Positions 20,031-30,702 of a DNA stretch of 64,000 nucleotides are shown here, in pieces; the first letter of the stretch is position 1; each line of letters opens with the position of its first letter. Both the position numbers and the translations under genes were made by a program. The notes beneath the pieces are model-generated. The model made no database searches. It was given only the letters and a program-made list of their open reading frames with translations, and was not told the origin of the DNA. The stretch comes from a virus: positions 1-64,000 of IMG/VR virus record IMGVR_UViG_3300027788_001769; one strand, written 5' to 3'.

Positions 20031-21021
20031 AATTTTTTATTTCTTTTTTTGTTAGTCTTATAAATGGTTTGTAAAATTCTGTCCACCCATCATCTTTCTT
20101 AGGAAGTACGTTAAATATACCATCTTCTGACATCATTGTCACTATATTTTCGTAATTTCTTCCTTCTGGGTCAAGATTTTCATCAATTAATGATAAAATA
20201 TCTTCTTTTGCTTCTTTATTCAAAAAAACTTCAGTTAAGTCTACTAGTTTTTCGTTGATTTCAAAAAAGGTATCTCCTTTTCTACCGTCAGCACAAATAC
20301 CTTCAACTAAGTTACTCAAACCTTTATTTTTTATTTTTTCTTCTTTAACTAGAACGTTAGCTTTATTTATAACATCCGTTAAAGTAATTGTTTTTTCTTC
20401 TATTTCTGGAAAATAAGTTTTTATTGTTTTTTCACCTAAAAACTTAACCCCTTTAATGTTATCACTTTTGTCCCCAAGTAAAACCTTTAATAATGTAACG
20501 TTTGTAGTTGGTATTGTCAATTTTGCAATAGTTACTTTATCATCTAACTCTATTTTAGAACCATCATTAATAAAAAGTACTTGTGTGTGACTTGAAACTA
20601 ACTGACTCAAATCTTTGTCATTAGTTAAAATTAATTTGTTTTCTTTGGGGGTGTTTTTACAATAGTACGCTATACAATCGTCTGCTTCACAATTATCAAA
20701 TTCAGCTTGTCTTACAAATACTTCTTCTAGATATTGTGTGATTCTATTTTTTTGTCTAAATAGGTCTGTTCTTTGGTCGTCTGTTAACCTTTTTCTTCTA
20801 TTGATTTTATAGTTTTCGTATATTTCTTGTCTATAAGAGGCATTGTTTTTACCATCCCAGAAAACCACTACTTTATCGTAATCTTTTTCTATTAGGTACT
20901 TTCTTATTGTATTTAAAAAGTGATATATAGCTCCAAAATGTTTACCATTATGGAAATAATCCTTTACGCCGTGAAAGCCTGTTTGAAGTAAGCTATTACC
21001 ATCAATCAATAAAGTGTTCAA
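20014..21021 (-). CDS. 5'-3' exonuclease / flap endonuclease (T4 RNase H, Pol I N-terminal-like)
   Basis: LLIDGN, VVFWDG, YKINR, EADDCIA, TNDKDL, LLGDKSDNIKGVKFLGEKT (H3TH). Confidence 0.92.
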   Translation of the reverse strand: MNTLLIDGNSLLQTGFHGVKDYFHNGKHFGAIYHFLNTIRKYLIEKDYDKVVVFWDGKNNASYRQEIYENYKINRRKRLTDDQRTDLFRQKNRITQYLEEVFVRQAEFDNCEADDCIAYYCKNTPKENKLILTNDKDLSQLVSSHTQVLFINDGSKIELDDKVTIAKLTIPTTNVTLLKVLLGDKSDNIKGVKFLGEKTIKTYFPEIEEKTITLTDVINKANVLVKEEKIKNKGLSNLVEGICADGRKGDTFFEINEKLVDLTEVFLNKEAKEDILSLIDENLDPEGRNYENIVTMMSEDGIFNVLPKKDDGWTEFYKPFIRLTKKEIKNYERKS

Positions 21022-21046
21022 TTTTTTTGTGTTTAAAGGTTAATAA

Positions 21047-22042
21047 CTAAAACAATTCTCCTGCGTCTTCTACTGATAAATTATAATCACCTTCTGACCC
21101 AATAATATTTTTCCAATATTCCGAGTTTTCAGACTTATATTTTTCAATAGATTTTTTTTCTTCTGCACTATCTTTTCCTTTTAAAAATCCGTGTGGTGTT
21201 ACTAAGATTTTTCCGTCTTCGTAACCTAAACCATTCACATGATTTTTCATAATAGATATTTTGGTTCTACTAGCAAATTTAACTTTTCTTTTATCTTTGG
21301 TTGCCGTTATTTTGGATATCCCAGCATTTTTTTGGTTACCGTATAAAAACACAATAGTAGAATTTAACCATAATGACTCACCTCCTTTAGCTTTGATTTT
21401 TGGTTGACTAAATGGATTGTCTGGTAACTCTACCCATGGTTGATTTACCGTAACTAGAGTATTTAAGAATTTACAACTTTGTTTTCTTGACCCAGTTATT
21501 CTTTGGTTGATACCCATACCTATTTTATCTGCCAAAGTACTAGCATTGTGTTGTTTACCACCTTTACCATCAAAAGTCATTTTACAAGGAACAGACCCTA
21601 CAGAATCCCATAAAAACAATAAATCGTAATCTAATTCTCCTTTTTCTTGAGCGTCAAGTAATTCATTAATATAGTCTGTAATTTGTTCTATATAATTAAA
21701 GTCGTTATTAAATAAGAAAAATCCATCCCATTCTCCTTCTTCATTTAATTCACATTCAAAACCCATTAGTTTTGCGTGGTCAAAATCCCATTTTTGTTCA
21801 GTTATTAAAAAAACTGGTAATATTTCTTTTCTTTGGGCGTCCACAGCTGTCTTAACTAAAGCTGTTGTTTTACCAGTATCACTATGTCCTAAAAACATAT
21901 TAATATGTCCCATAGCTGGGCCTGGTAAACCTGTAGCGTCTAAGAAAGCTTCACCTAAATCTAGAAACCTATCTTTTTTAAATGCTGCTTTCTTAGAAAA
22001 CTTTGACTTTATATCTTTAAAATTTTTCTTTTTTATAGCCAT
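21047..22042 (-). CDS. uvsX: RecA/UvsX-like recombinase
   Basis: Walker A GHSDTGKT, LFLWDSVGS, VTVNQ, KAKGG; located next to the SSB gene. Confidence 0.85.
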   Translation of the reverse strand: MAIKKKNFKDIKSKFSKKAAFKKDRFLDLGEAFLDATGLPGPAMGHINMFLGHSDTGKTTALVKTAVDAQRKEILPVFLITEQKWDFDHAKLMGFECELNEEGEWDGFFLFNNDFNYIEQITDYINELLDAQEKGELDYDLLFLWDSVGSVPCKMTFDGKGGKQHNASTLADKIGMGINQRITGSRKQSCKFLNTLVTVNQPWVELPDNPFSQPKIKAKGGESLWLNSTIVFLYGNQKNAGISKITATKDKRKVKFASRTKISIMKNHVNGLGYEDGKILVTPHGFLKGKDSAEEKKSIEKYKSENSEYWKNIIGSEGDYNLSVEDAGELF

Positions 22043-22055
22043 TGGTTATTTTATA

Positions 22056-22922
22056 TTAAAATGGTAAATCTTCGTCTGTTGGTGTGTTAGCTTGTGGGTC
22101 AACAGTTGTTGAAGTTGTTGTTTGTGTCATTTGTATTGTTTCAACTGTACTATCACCAAACTGATACTTTTTAAGGTCGTTGTTCCATCTTGGTGTCTCA
22201 CCTTTTGATACAGCATCAAGATATTCTACCGGTTTTTGTGAATAAACGTCAGTCCAACCTTCTGCATTGTCTGTCCATTCTTTTAACTTTTCTGTCTCTG
22301 TAGATAATGCACTTTGGTCATCTGCCATCACCATAGAAATTACTGTGTAGTTTCCTTTTCCGTTTGGTAGTGGTACTGATTTTAACATAAGGGTTAAATC
22401 TCTTCCTTCAGTAACATTAGTTATGTCACCTCTTTTTTGAAAGATAGGGATTATTTTATCTAAAGTTCCGTCACCTTTCCAGTTATGTTTAAATCTCCAA
22501 AACTTAACACCATCCTCTTCTTTATCCCTATCAATTAGTTTAACGATATAAAACTTTTTCGAACGGTATTGTCTAGCTAGTTCTTTGTCTTTATCGTTAC
22601 CAGTTAACCTTAGAGCATCTTCAACTTCATTAAGTGGGCTTCTTTCTCCTGTTGGAGAACCATCACCATTTTTACCTGGGTCCATTAACTTTACCCATTT
22701 ACCGTCTACTTGTACTTCGTGGAAAAACACTTCTTTAAATGGAGAACTACCATCACTTGTAGGTAGAATCCTTATTGTTCTTTCACCCTCTTTTTCACCT
22801 TTAGGTAAGAAAGTAGCAAAATATTTTTTTAATCTTTCCTCATTACTGATAAAAGGTTTGTCTGACGTACCATTTGATGTTTGTGTTTTTTCGTACTGTT
22901 TTAAGATTGCTTCTAAACTCAT
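22056..22922 (-). CDS. Single-stranded DNA-binding protein (T4 gp32-like)
   Basis: TIRILP...PFKEVFFH, GDITNVTEGRDL, acidic C-terminal tail ending DEDLPF. Confidence 0.82.
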   Translation of the reverse strand: MSLEAILKQYEKTQTSNGTSDKPFISNEERLKKYFATFLPKGEKEGERTIRILPTSDGSSPFKEVFFHEVQVDGKWVKLMDPGKNGDGSPTGERSPLNEVEDALRLTGNDKDKELARQYRSKKFYIVKLIDRDKEEDGVKFWRFKHNWKGDGTLDKIIPIFQKRGDITNVTEGRDLTLMLKSVPLPNGKGNYTVISMVMADDQSALSTETEKLKEWTDNAEGWTDVYSQKPVEYLDAVSKGETPRWNNDLKKYQFGDSTVETIQMTQTTTSTTVDPQANTPTDEDLPF

Positions 22923-22959
22923 AATATTTTTTTTTTATTTTATAATTAATTTACATTAA

Positions 22960-22988
22960 AATATAAAACGAAAAAACGGGTAAGTCAA
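22960..22988 (-). promoter_or_regulatory. Sigma70-like promoter TTGACT-N17-TATATT upstream of the ssb-uvsX-exonuclease operon
   Basis: agtcaa at 22983-22988 and aatata at 22960-22965 on the + strand; 17-nt spacer. Confidence 0.65.
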
Positions 22989-23002
22989 TTGATTACCCGT
23001 TT
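22971..23002 (-). terminator. Rho-independent terminator
   Basis: Stem AAACGGGTAA / TTACCCGTTT ending in a T-run on the - strand, downstream of 23026..23853. Confidence 0.75.
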
Positions 23003-23025
23003 AATTTATATTATTTATATTTTAA

Positions 23026-23853
23026 TTAAGATTTGTTCCCTAGTACACTGAATTTTTCGTCTTCAAGTTCCTCTTCATCGTCATCATCATCAGCTAACCA
23101 ACTATTCTTTATGTCGGCATCATTGTAATCACTAACATCGTCACTAGTTAAAACATATTCGTGTTTTTCTGGTTGTTTTTCTAACTCTTCACCTTTCTCA
23201 TCCCAGAATTGTGATGGTGTTTGAGTAAATGGTCCACTATCTAAATACCTTAATTCTAATTTTTCTTGTGGGGTTTCTGGTTTTAACTCTTCAAATTTAT
23301 TTTCTAAACTATTCATCTGAGTAACTATTTTATCCATCCCACCTAGTTGAGTTTCTAGTGCGTCTAACTTACCAATTAAATCTTCAATTCTTTTACTCTG
23401 AGAAGTTATCTCTTTTGATACCGTGTCAGCTTTTTCACCTGTTTCTTTAGTCATTGTAACAATATCAGTAACATCCAATTTCTCAACATCCGATTCTTCA
23501 GTGTCCACATCTAAATCTAACTCATCATCACCTAAATCTAACTCATCATCACTACTTTCTAATTCATCATCACCACTTTCTAATTCATCATCACCTAAAT
23601 CTAACTCATCATCAGTACCTTCATCATCCAACTCTAGTTCAGCGTCGTCTGTTGTCTCCTCTTCTTGTTCTTCCATGTCTCTCTGAAACCTATTAAATTT
23701 TTCTAATCTGTCTGATTTTCCTTGTGTTTGAACAAATCCTGAAGAAGTAGCACCAAGTCCACCAACCGCATGTTGTTCTTCTAATGAATCTACATATCCA
23801 TTAATATTAGCATAACGCTCTAACTCTTCTTGTATTAATTTGTTAACTCCCAT
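23026..23853 (-). CDS. Highly acidic coiled-coil protein; putative prohead core/internal head protein
   Basis: N-terminal KLIQEELERY leader, DDELDLG-type repeats, coiled-coil segment, acidic tail. Confidence 0.5.
   Translation of the reverse strand: MGVNKLIQEELERYANINGYVDSLEEQHAVGGLGATSSGFVQTQGKSDRLEKFNRFQRDMEEQEEETTDDAELELDDEGTDDELDLGDDELESGDDELESSDDELDLGDDELDLDVDTEESDVEKLDVTDIVTMTKETGEKADTVSKEITSQSKRIEDLIGKLDALETQLGGMDKIVTQMNSLENKFEELKPETPQEKLELRYLDSGPFTQTPSQFWDEKGEELEKQPEKHEYVLTSDDVSDYNDADIKNSWLADDDDDEEELEDEKFSVLGNKS
23510..23625 (-). repeat. 21-bp (7-aa) imperfect tandem repeat DDEL(D/E)(L/S)(G/S), about 5 copies
   Basis: Protein DDELDLGDDELESGDDELESSDDELDLGDDELDL; DNA units of the type tcatcatcacctaaatctaac. 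Confidence 0.85.
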
Positions 23854-23854
23854 C

Positions 23855-24061
23855 TTAATCCATTAATAGTGTTCTACCATCTTCAGTAATCATTTTTTTA
23901 TTAACTCTTTCTATTAACCCGTCTTTTGTTTTAATAGTATAACATTCACCTGTTTTTAAATCACAAACTTCTTCATACCCTTCAGCTGACTCAGTTTTTG
24001 TTATTTTAGTTTTTGTTTGATTACCTAGGTACTTGTCTAATTTACCGTTTAAATTTTCCAT
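23855..24061 (-). CDS. Small hypothetical protein
   Basis: 68 aa; preceded by a TATTTATA box; contains EVCDLKTGECY. Confidence 0.65.
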   Translation of the reverse strand: MENLNGKLDKYLGNQTKTKITKTESAEGYEEVCDLKTGECYTIKTKDGLIERVNKKMITEDGRTLLMD

Positions 24062-24073
24062 AGTCTTTTTTAT

Positions 24074-24081
24074 TATAAATA
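24074..24081 (-). promoter_or_regulatory. TATTTATA box (putative late promoter)
   Basis: 12 nt upstream of the ATG at 24061. Confidence 0.6.
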
Positions 24082-24111
24082 TCTTATAGTATAAGAAAGT
24101 TAACTATATTT

Positions 24112-27100
24112 CTAGTTACTATCAACATATTCCCCAACACCATCAAAATTATCCGTCCCACCATATGGACTAGGAACACTTGCTGGTTTTATTGCAGATA
24201 GAAACAAAGATGGTCTTAAGCTAACAAAACCGTCTCCTGGTTGAAAATCATCAAAGTTATTAGGGTCATACACAAGTGGAGCCACTAAAGGTTTTATTCT
24301 ATCGTTTAATTTTTCATTTAGATTTTTACCAAGAGTACCAGTTAAAGCATTTTTCATTTTAAAACAAGGACATCTTTTGTTGGCAAATTCATTATGACCA
24401 TAAAAAATCATTCCCCAGTCTTGTGATGTTGGCCTTATTGGTACGTTGGTGTGGAACTTACCTATCATTTTAGGTCCAGCCGACCCATTTACATATAAAT
24501 CTACCTCTTGGGTCCCCATACTCTTTCTGACTTCCAATAAACCAAATTTAAATGCTAAGTACAAAATTAAATCCTCTAAAGAATCTTTTTGCATTAAGGT
24601 AGAGTACCCTCCGTTTGAATCTGAGTTGTAGGTTCCCATTTTTGAACAGTTGGCAACTATGGACACACCGACACTATAAGCATTTGCCCCTCTAGTGTGT
24701 GCTCCTTTATACTTTGTTGGTCTGGCTTCTAATATTGTCCCATCTGATGGGCTACCACCAGTCCCCCTAGAAATTAGATAATGGTACCCTATACCAGAAA
24801 AATCTCTAGTTTTATGTTGTCTATTTATCTCACCCACTGGGTTATTACCATAATCAAGTCCAGCCGTAACGTGTATTATAATTGCTTTTACTTCTGATGG
24901 ACCACTAAACTGAGGAGCTTTAGAAAACCCTTTTGTGTTTTGTTCATTACCTTCTGGATTAAACCCACCCTGGTTTAAGTTTTTTTCTTGGTTTTTTTGT
25001 TTTTCTCTTACTTTTTTAACAAATGACTTAGCTAATTTAGCTACAAAATTTTCTACATTAGGTAATCTGTGAAATGGTACTCTAACACCAGTAAAAGTTG
25101 TTGTCATTGTGTTAGGTTGTATTGTGTGTTCCACACCCTGTATAAGATATGGTCCGGTAAACATAGGGACGTTTCTTAATGAAAAATACATAGTTGGTTG
25201 GATACAAACATTACCCATACAGGTAACTTTACAACTATAAGACCTGGTTCTGTATACATTAAATAAACTTAGACCTTGTGTGGAAATACTTCTATCATTT
25301 GCACTTTGTGCTAGTTGTTCTTCTATAATAAAACTTTCAGCTGTTGGTTTTGTATCTGAGGTATCTAAGTTAATTCCTTTGAATATGTTTTGATTCTCAA
25401 TACCAAAGTCCACAGCAAAAGACATTACTTTATTACATTTTTTAGGGTCATTACAATTAGAAAATAGTGGGTTATCCGCTGTTCTTCCCATTAAAAAAGA
25501 ATCACTATTATATCTATTAATTGGATTCTTTACGTCTGGTAGTGATGAAGTTTCACCAATATACTGACATAAGAATTTCGGTGATGAGTCTATGTAGTCC
25601 ACTTCCAAATGGGTACCAAAAAGAGAATTAGCCTCTTCTGTTGTACTGTATTTAGAGTATTCTTGACCATCATTGGTCGAACCATAAAAATTAATGTAAG
25701 ATGGTAATGGTAGAAAATTAAAGTTTTGATTATCTAGTATTGAACCTATTAAACCTAACAAATTTAAACTACCGTTTGCTGGGTTGGTTAGGGATTTAAA
25801 CGCATCTAAACCTATAATTGCAGTATCACCAATGTCCCTATTAGCTATATCTAAAAATAAAAAATCTTCAAACAATAACTTTCTTTCTATTTCTTCACCA
25901 GAAATCCATTTATCGTTTATTACCCTAAAAGTATTATATAAATCTAATTTTAACTCATCACTTTGTATCGCTGAATCTTTTTTAAAGTCATCTACTTGTC
26001 CCGCGTCTGGTATTGTAGGTAGGTCTTGTTTTAAATCATAAAAAAGTTGATTTAAATGTTTAAATTGTCCATCATCTAACTTTTCTACAATTTCAGTTTT
26101 TATTTTTTGTATAAAGTCGGCATTAAAATTACCAGTGGATGGTACTGGGGTAAAAGCGTTGGCAACATTTGTATAGTTTAAACTATTGGCTGTCGAACCA
26201 TTTTTTACTCTTTCTGTAACATATATCTTAATTATTTTTCTAAGTAATTTTATATTATCAACAGTAAAGTCTATATTCATTTCTCGGAAAAAATCAGTTA
26301 TCTCAGAACCTTGGTCACTATATATTAAACTTAAGTGTTCTGGGTCACCTAATTGACCAACCTCTAGTTGTAGTGCTTTCCAAGCTGCCCCATTGTTTAA
26401 TTGTGATGTGGCTAGTGGTATTTCTGGGGGTAAATTACTACTATATTCCCCAAAAGTGTAATAGTTTTGGTCACCAACAAATGTTCTTAATGCTTTAACA
26501 TTAATATCTTTAGGGTTGTAGAAGTTAAAAGCTACAGACTCAGAAAGAAATAAAGCTAGTGTTCGGTTGGTTTTATTTAATTGTGCTTTGGCTAGATTAT
26601 AACCAAATTGTGTGTCAGTATCCGCATCTTCAACATTACTTTGATTTACAGTCATAATGTTTCTCATAACCGATTGGAATGTTTTTAAATTAGTTTGACC
26701 TATTTTACTACCAGTTACATCCTCTGTTACCGTACCAGCACTAAAAGCATTTACTGTGGGGTTAAACTCTTCTTCTTTTTGTGAAAAGTTTAAAAAGTAT
26801 TCTTCGAAACTATCTAGAATTTCAGGGGAAAAAACATCAAAAATTTCTTCAATTGTACTGTAGTCACCACCTGTTGATATGTGGAATGCTCTTTGTTCTT
26901 TTTCTAGGTTATTTACTTTTTTAAGATATTGTCCTGGTGTTGGTTTACTTAATGGTGTATGTTCAAAATACCCGTAGTTTGACATACCCCAACAAAATCT
27001 TGCGTTACCATTATGTGTAACAGGGTTATTTGTTAAATTAAAAGGGTCCACCTCAAAACTTAACTGTTCTTTTTTAATTGCAGCACTAGGGTATAAAATA

Positions 27101-30100
27101 TATTGTGATTCTGTGTACCCAGTAGTAAAAGCTTCTTTGCTAGTGTCGTAGTATGTATACCAGAATTGGCAATTAACATCTCCATTGGTTGGTGACTGTG
27201 GTGGTGAAATGTCTAAGTCGTCTGAGTGTTTAACATTTAAAGCGTCTATATTTATAAAATTATTTATTTCTGTACTTGTTAATGGTACACCGGTTACTGG
27301 TACAGAATTATATAGTAATTCACTAGTAACAAAATAATGCATTAAATTATTTAGTTCTGGGTAGAACCCAACATTTATTTTTCTAAAATTACCCCCTATA
27401 TTCCAATCTCCAGAAAAAATTATTTGACTGTAGTTCTCACCTATGTTAAGGTTGTATTGGTTGATTAGTCCACTGGTATCGTTAAAGTTTTTGTTAGCGT
27501 CAAAGTCAGTCCACACAGAATCTAAAATATCCACCCCAGTCTCAATAAAATTCTTATAACGATGCCAAATACTACCATATTTTAAAATCCAAGCGTACGG
27601 TAATGGGTGGACTGCTGATAACTGGTTAAGTGTACTAAATACATAATCACCGAATTCAGGCATCTTAGCGTCGGGTTTTAATTGTTTAATTGTTAATTCC
27701 CTTAAACTCGCTAAAGGCAATGAATTTAAAAATAAGTATGAAGCTTTAGTATATGGGTTTGGTACTTTATTTATTTCGTTTAACACACCTTCCGACATAG
27801 CATTAGTAAAGTATGGTGTGTTTAACATAGAAGTTAATTGTCTATCAAATGTTTCACCATTTACATATGTTTCGGTATAATCTACAGTACCTTCAGTTAA
27901 AAATAGTCCGTTGTTTATGGACTTATGTTCTGCATTATTAGACTGATTGTATATTGTTTTTTCTCTTGTATTTATTTCTTCAAAAAAGTTTTTCCAACTG
28001 TTAGCGGTGTTTAATATATTTATAGTTCTTTTTTCTAAATAATCCCTATATGTCTCAATCATTGTACTAGTTGTCCACCAAGCGTCACAGAAAAAATGTG
28101 GTGGTGTAATACAGATTGTATCTTCAACACCTTCTGCTGTGGACAATAATGAAGTAAATGATTTTATTGAGTCACCATAAACTAAAGAATTAGTTAAACT
28201 TATTAATTCTTGTCTAGAACTAATATATTTACCGTTAGCTAAGTTTATTTTTGTCCATGGACCGTATAGAATCTCACTTGTTGAACTGTCAATTTCTTCA
28301 CCTTGTGTTAGATTAAAATCAGCTAGAGGGTAGGTGTCTAATATGTTATCTGTTTCTGGTTGTGTTAATAAAGCCTCCTTCATTCTAACCACTTGGTCTT
28401 GTATGTCTAATTCTGTGGATTGGTATTGTGCGCTAACCAATAAAGAATAAGGGTATATTTTAAATCTACTATTATTTATTTTTTCTCTAACGTATGGGGT
28501 AACGTATTCGTCCCTCACTAATAGTTGGTAGTCCGTTAATGGTGCTATAGTTCTTAAATACAATAAGAAAGTATTGTAGTCCCATGTTTGGTTTTTTAGT
28601 AGTTCTTGTAAATCAAAAAATCCATTTGATTTTTCTAATATCGTTGCAGTTTCAAATTTAGCAATATTTTTTAATAGCAAGTCAGATGTGTTCTGTTTGT
28701 ATCTAAATTGTATTCCAGAAAAGAATCCGTGGATTGTAGACCTATCCCATATTTCATATGTAAAGTCCACTTCATTAGAATTTTGATAACTGTTAGTCCC
28801 GAACACGTCAAATGATGTTGTTGGTACCCAATTCTCCCCTATCATAGACCCACCAAAATTAAAAGTATTTTGTCCAGTATCTTTAATTGTTGAAGCTTTT
28901 AAGAATTCCTCCACAAATTCTACTTCAGGCCAAGATTCATTTTTATAGGCTTTAGTTTGTGATACAACTTTAACAGCTCCTGGATATGTTGTAACAAAAG
29001 ATGTACCACCATCATCATTTTCTTCTCTAACATAATAATGAGGCCAAGGATAAATAAAATTATCTTCTGGTAACTCAGAACTAGTAGCTCCTTTTCCACT
29101 TCCTTTTACAGCGTTTAATCTATCTGGATTATTTCTTTGACCCATAGAATTTAAATGAACATCATTAAGTAATCTAAGGAATGTGTCTGCATTAGCTATA
29201 ACCATCCCCAGTAAATTTCTAACTGTTGGTCTAAACCCTAAACCTTGTTCACTTTCGATTACTTGGTTAACTAAATCTGTTAGGTTTTTTTCAACTGCTT
29301 GTCTTTTTTCGTTAAATTTAGTAAATATGTTACTTATCTTAGTTTCAAAAGAAGATGGTGTACCTTCAAATATAAACCACTCTAACCCATTATTTTCCCT
29401 ACCTTCTGGAGCAAGTGTGGTAAAGTCTTGATATCTTATATCTATGGGTATAGCTTTTGGTCCTGCTTTACCAAATGTAGGGTTTTCTGTTAATTGTTCA
29501 TTATGTTCAGCTATTACCTTTTTTAGTTTATCTCTTCCTGCTTCACGTTTAGGTAGGTCGTCTTGGTAACTTTTTTTCCAACTATATACGGTAATGTCTC
29601 TTACGTCGTCATGGTATTCGTTTAAACCCCCAACATCCATAAATGTCCTTCTCCAACCACCACTATCCATAACCTTAGCAGTGTAAGATTCCAATATTCT
29701 TTCATATTTGTCTATATCGTCTAAAGATTTTAAATTTTGTTTTTTTAATTCTTTTTCTATAGTTTCTTCTAGTGTTTTAGCTTTACCAGCTAACTCTCTA
29801 AGTGTTAAGTGTGGTACTGAATCACCTAATAAATCATTTCTTTTATAGTTTTCGTAAACTTCGTTTAGGGTTTGCATCCCTTTTGTGGTTGTAAAACTAT
29901 CTACATCATCATTTTCTACGTTTGTAACAGAGTAACTCCTAGCATACATGTATGGTGCATTAAGTAATTGTGAAACATTTATATCAGCTAATAGTGCTGC
30001 CACCCTACCAATAAAATCACAAGTAACGGTATAGTTACCAGTTTCAGGGTCAAAATTAGCGTTAAATTTTCTAAGCATTAGGTGGTATTGTACCGCTTTA

Positions 30101-30693
30101 CCATAATACCCTTTTAAAGTTAGTAAGAAAAGTGGGTATGGTAGATTAAAAAACACAGCATAAGCAGAATTGTTACCCTGTTCAAATAGTGTTTTACCTC
30201 TAACGTCAATAAATGTCATATTTACTTGTGGTATGTATGACCTATCATAAGTAACACTTATATTAGATATACCAAAAGACTCACTATCTAATCTGTTTTT
30301 AATACTTTCTGACGTATAGTCTAGTCCAGAAAATGGGTCTTTTTTTGTTGTAAACATCTTTTGGTTTACTGGACCTCCTTGGTTGGCACCACCCGTTTCA
30401 GTGTCTGTCCAATCAGATGTCATATAGTCCTTACCCCCTGGTTTTAAAAAATTAATCTTACCTTCGAACACATCAACTAAAGATTCTGTTTCCATACCAG
30501 AACCAGTAATAACTTTACTTCTAGGTACTACCCTAGCTTGTAAATTTGCGTATATTGTTAACTCCTCCTGATTAACTAGTCTATCTTGTGGGTTACCGTT
30601 ATTATCCACTACCTTATTAGGGTCAACTAAAACTATATTGTTTTCAGCAAATTCGACAAGTATGTTGTCGCTATTATAAATTTCATTAGCCAT
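24112..30693 (-). CDS. Very large baseplate hub/tail-tip protein with a C-terminal N-acetylmuramoyl-L-alanine amidase (Amidase_2, T7 lysozyme-like) domain
   Basis: 2193 aa. Hub-like segments (FGISNISV...FIDVRG; SYSCKVTCMGN...GPYLIQGVEHTI...TTFTGVR). Amidase motifs IIIHVTA, IGYHYLI, GAHTRGAN and GHNEFANKRCPCF. Confidence 0.75.
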   Translation of the reverse strand: MANEIYNSDNILVEFAENNIVLVDPNKVVDNNGNPQDRLVNQEELTIYANLQARVVPRSKVITGSGMETESLVDVFEGKINFLKPGGKDYMTSDWTDTETGGANQGGPVNQKMFTTKKDPFSGLDYTSESIKNRLDSESFGISNISVTYDRSYIPQVNMTFIDVRGKTLFEQGNNSAYAVFFNLPYPLFLLTLKGYYGKAVQYHLMLRKFNANFDPETGNYTVTCDFIGRVAALLADINVSQLLNAPYMYARSYSVTNVENDDVDSFTTTKGMQTLNEVYENYKRNDLLGDSVPHLTLRELAGKAKTLEETIEKELKKQNLKSLDDIDKYERILESYTAKVMDSGGWRRTFMDVGGLNEYHDDVRDITVYSWKKSYQDDLPKREAGRDKLKKVIAEHNEQLTENPTFGKAGPKAIPIDIRYQDFTTLAPEGRENNGLEWFIFEGTPSSFETKISNIFTKFNEKRQAVEKNLTDLVNQVIESEQGLGFRPTVRNLLGMVIANADTFLRLLNDVHLNSMGQRNNPDRLNAVKGSGKGATSSELPEDNFIYPWPHYYVREENDDGGTSFVTTYPGAVKVVSQTKAYKNESWPEVEFVEEFLKASTIKDTGQNTFNFGGSMIGENWVPTTSFDVFGTNSYQNSNEVDFTYEIWDRSTIHGFFSGIQFRYKQNTSDLLLKNIAKFETATILEKSNGFFDLQELLKNQTWDYNTFLLYLRTIAPLTDYQLLVRDEYVTPYVREKINNSRFKIYPYSLLVSAQYQSTELDIQDQVVRMKEALLTQPETDNILDTYPLADFNLTQGEEIDSSTSEILYGPWTKINLANGKYISSRQELISLTNSLVYGDSIKSFTSLLSTAEGVEDTICITPPHFFCDAWWTTSTMIETYRDYLEKRTINILNTANSWKNFFEEINTREKTIYNQSNNAEHKSINNGLFLTEGTVDYTETYVNGETFDRQLTSMLNTPYFTNAMSEGVLNEINKVPNPYTKASYLFLNSLPLASLRELTIKQLKPDAKMPEFGDYVFSTLNQLSAVHPLPYAWILKYGSIWHRYKNFIETGVDILDSVWTDFDANKNFNDTSGLINQYNLNIGENYSQIIFSGDWNIGGNFRKINVGFYPELNNLMHYFVTSELLYNSVPVTGVPLTSTEINNFINIDALNVKHSDDLDISPPQSPTNGDVNCQFWYTYYDTSKEAFTTGYTESQYILYPSAAIKKEQLSFEVDPFNLTNNPVTHNGNARFCWGMSNYGYFEHTPLSKPTPGQYLKKVNNLEKEQRAFHISTGGDYSTIEEIFDVFSPEILDSFEEYFLNFSQKEEEFNPTVNAFSAGTVTEDVTGSKIGQTNLKTFQSVMRNIMTVNQSNVEDADTDTQFGYNLAKAQLNKTNRTLALFLSESVAFNFYNPKDINVKALRTFVGDQNYYTFGEYSSNLPPEIPLATSQLNNGAAWKALQLEVGQLGDPEHLSLIYSDQGSEITDFFREMNIDFTVDNIKLLRKIIKIYVTERVKNGSTANSLNYTNVANAFTPVPSTGNFNADFIQKIKTEIVEKLDDGQFKHLNQLFYDLKQDLPTIPDAGQVDDFKKDSAIQSDELKLDLYNTFRVINDKWISGEEIERKLLFEDFLFLDIANRDIGDTAIIGLDAFKSLTNPANGSLNLLGLIGSILDNQNFNFLPLPSYINFYGSTNDGQEYSKYSTTEEANSLFGTHLEVDYIDSSPKFLCQYIGETSSLPDVKNPINRYNSDSFLMGRTADNPLFSNCNDPKKCNKVMSFAVDFGIENQNIFKGINLDTSDTKPTAESFIIEEQLAQSANDRSISTQGLSLFNVYRTRSYSCKVTCMGNVCIQPTMYFSLRNVPMFTGPYLIQGVEHTIQPNTMTTTFTGVRVPFHRLPNVENFVAKLAKSFVKKVREKQKNQEKNLNQGGFNPEGNEQNTKGFSKAPQFSGPSEVKAIIIHVTAGLDYGNNPVGEINRQHKTRDFSGIGYHYLISRGTGGSPSDGTILEARPTKYKGAHTRGANAYSVGVSIVANCSKMGTYNSDSNGGYSTLMQKDSLEDLILYLAFKFGLLEVRKSMGTQEVDLYVNGSAGPKMIGKFHTNVPIRPTSQDWGMIFYGHNEFANKRCPCFKMKNALTGTLGKNLNEKLNDRIKPLVAPLVYDPNNFDDFQPGDGFVSLRPSLFLSAIKPASVPSPYGGTDNFDGVGEYVDSN

Positions 30694-30702
30694 ATAGTTT
30701 TA

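Noticed and set aside
23510-23625. CRISPR-like array
   Set aside because: The 21-bp units are contiguous, in-frame coding repeats with no unique spacers.
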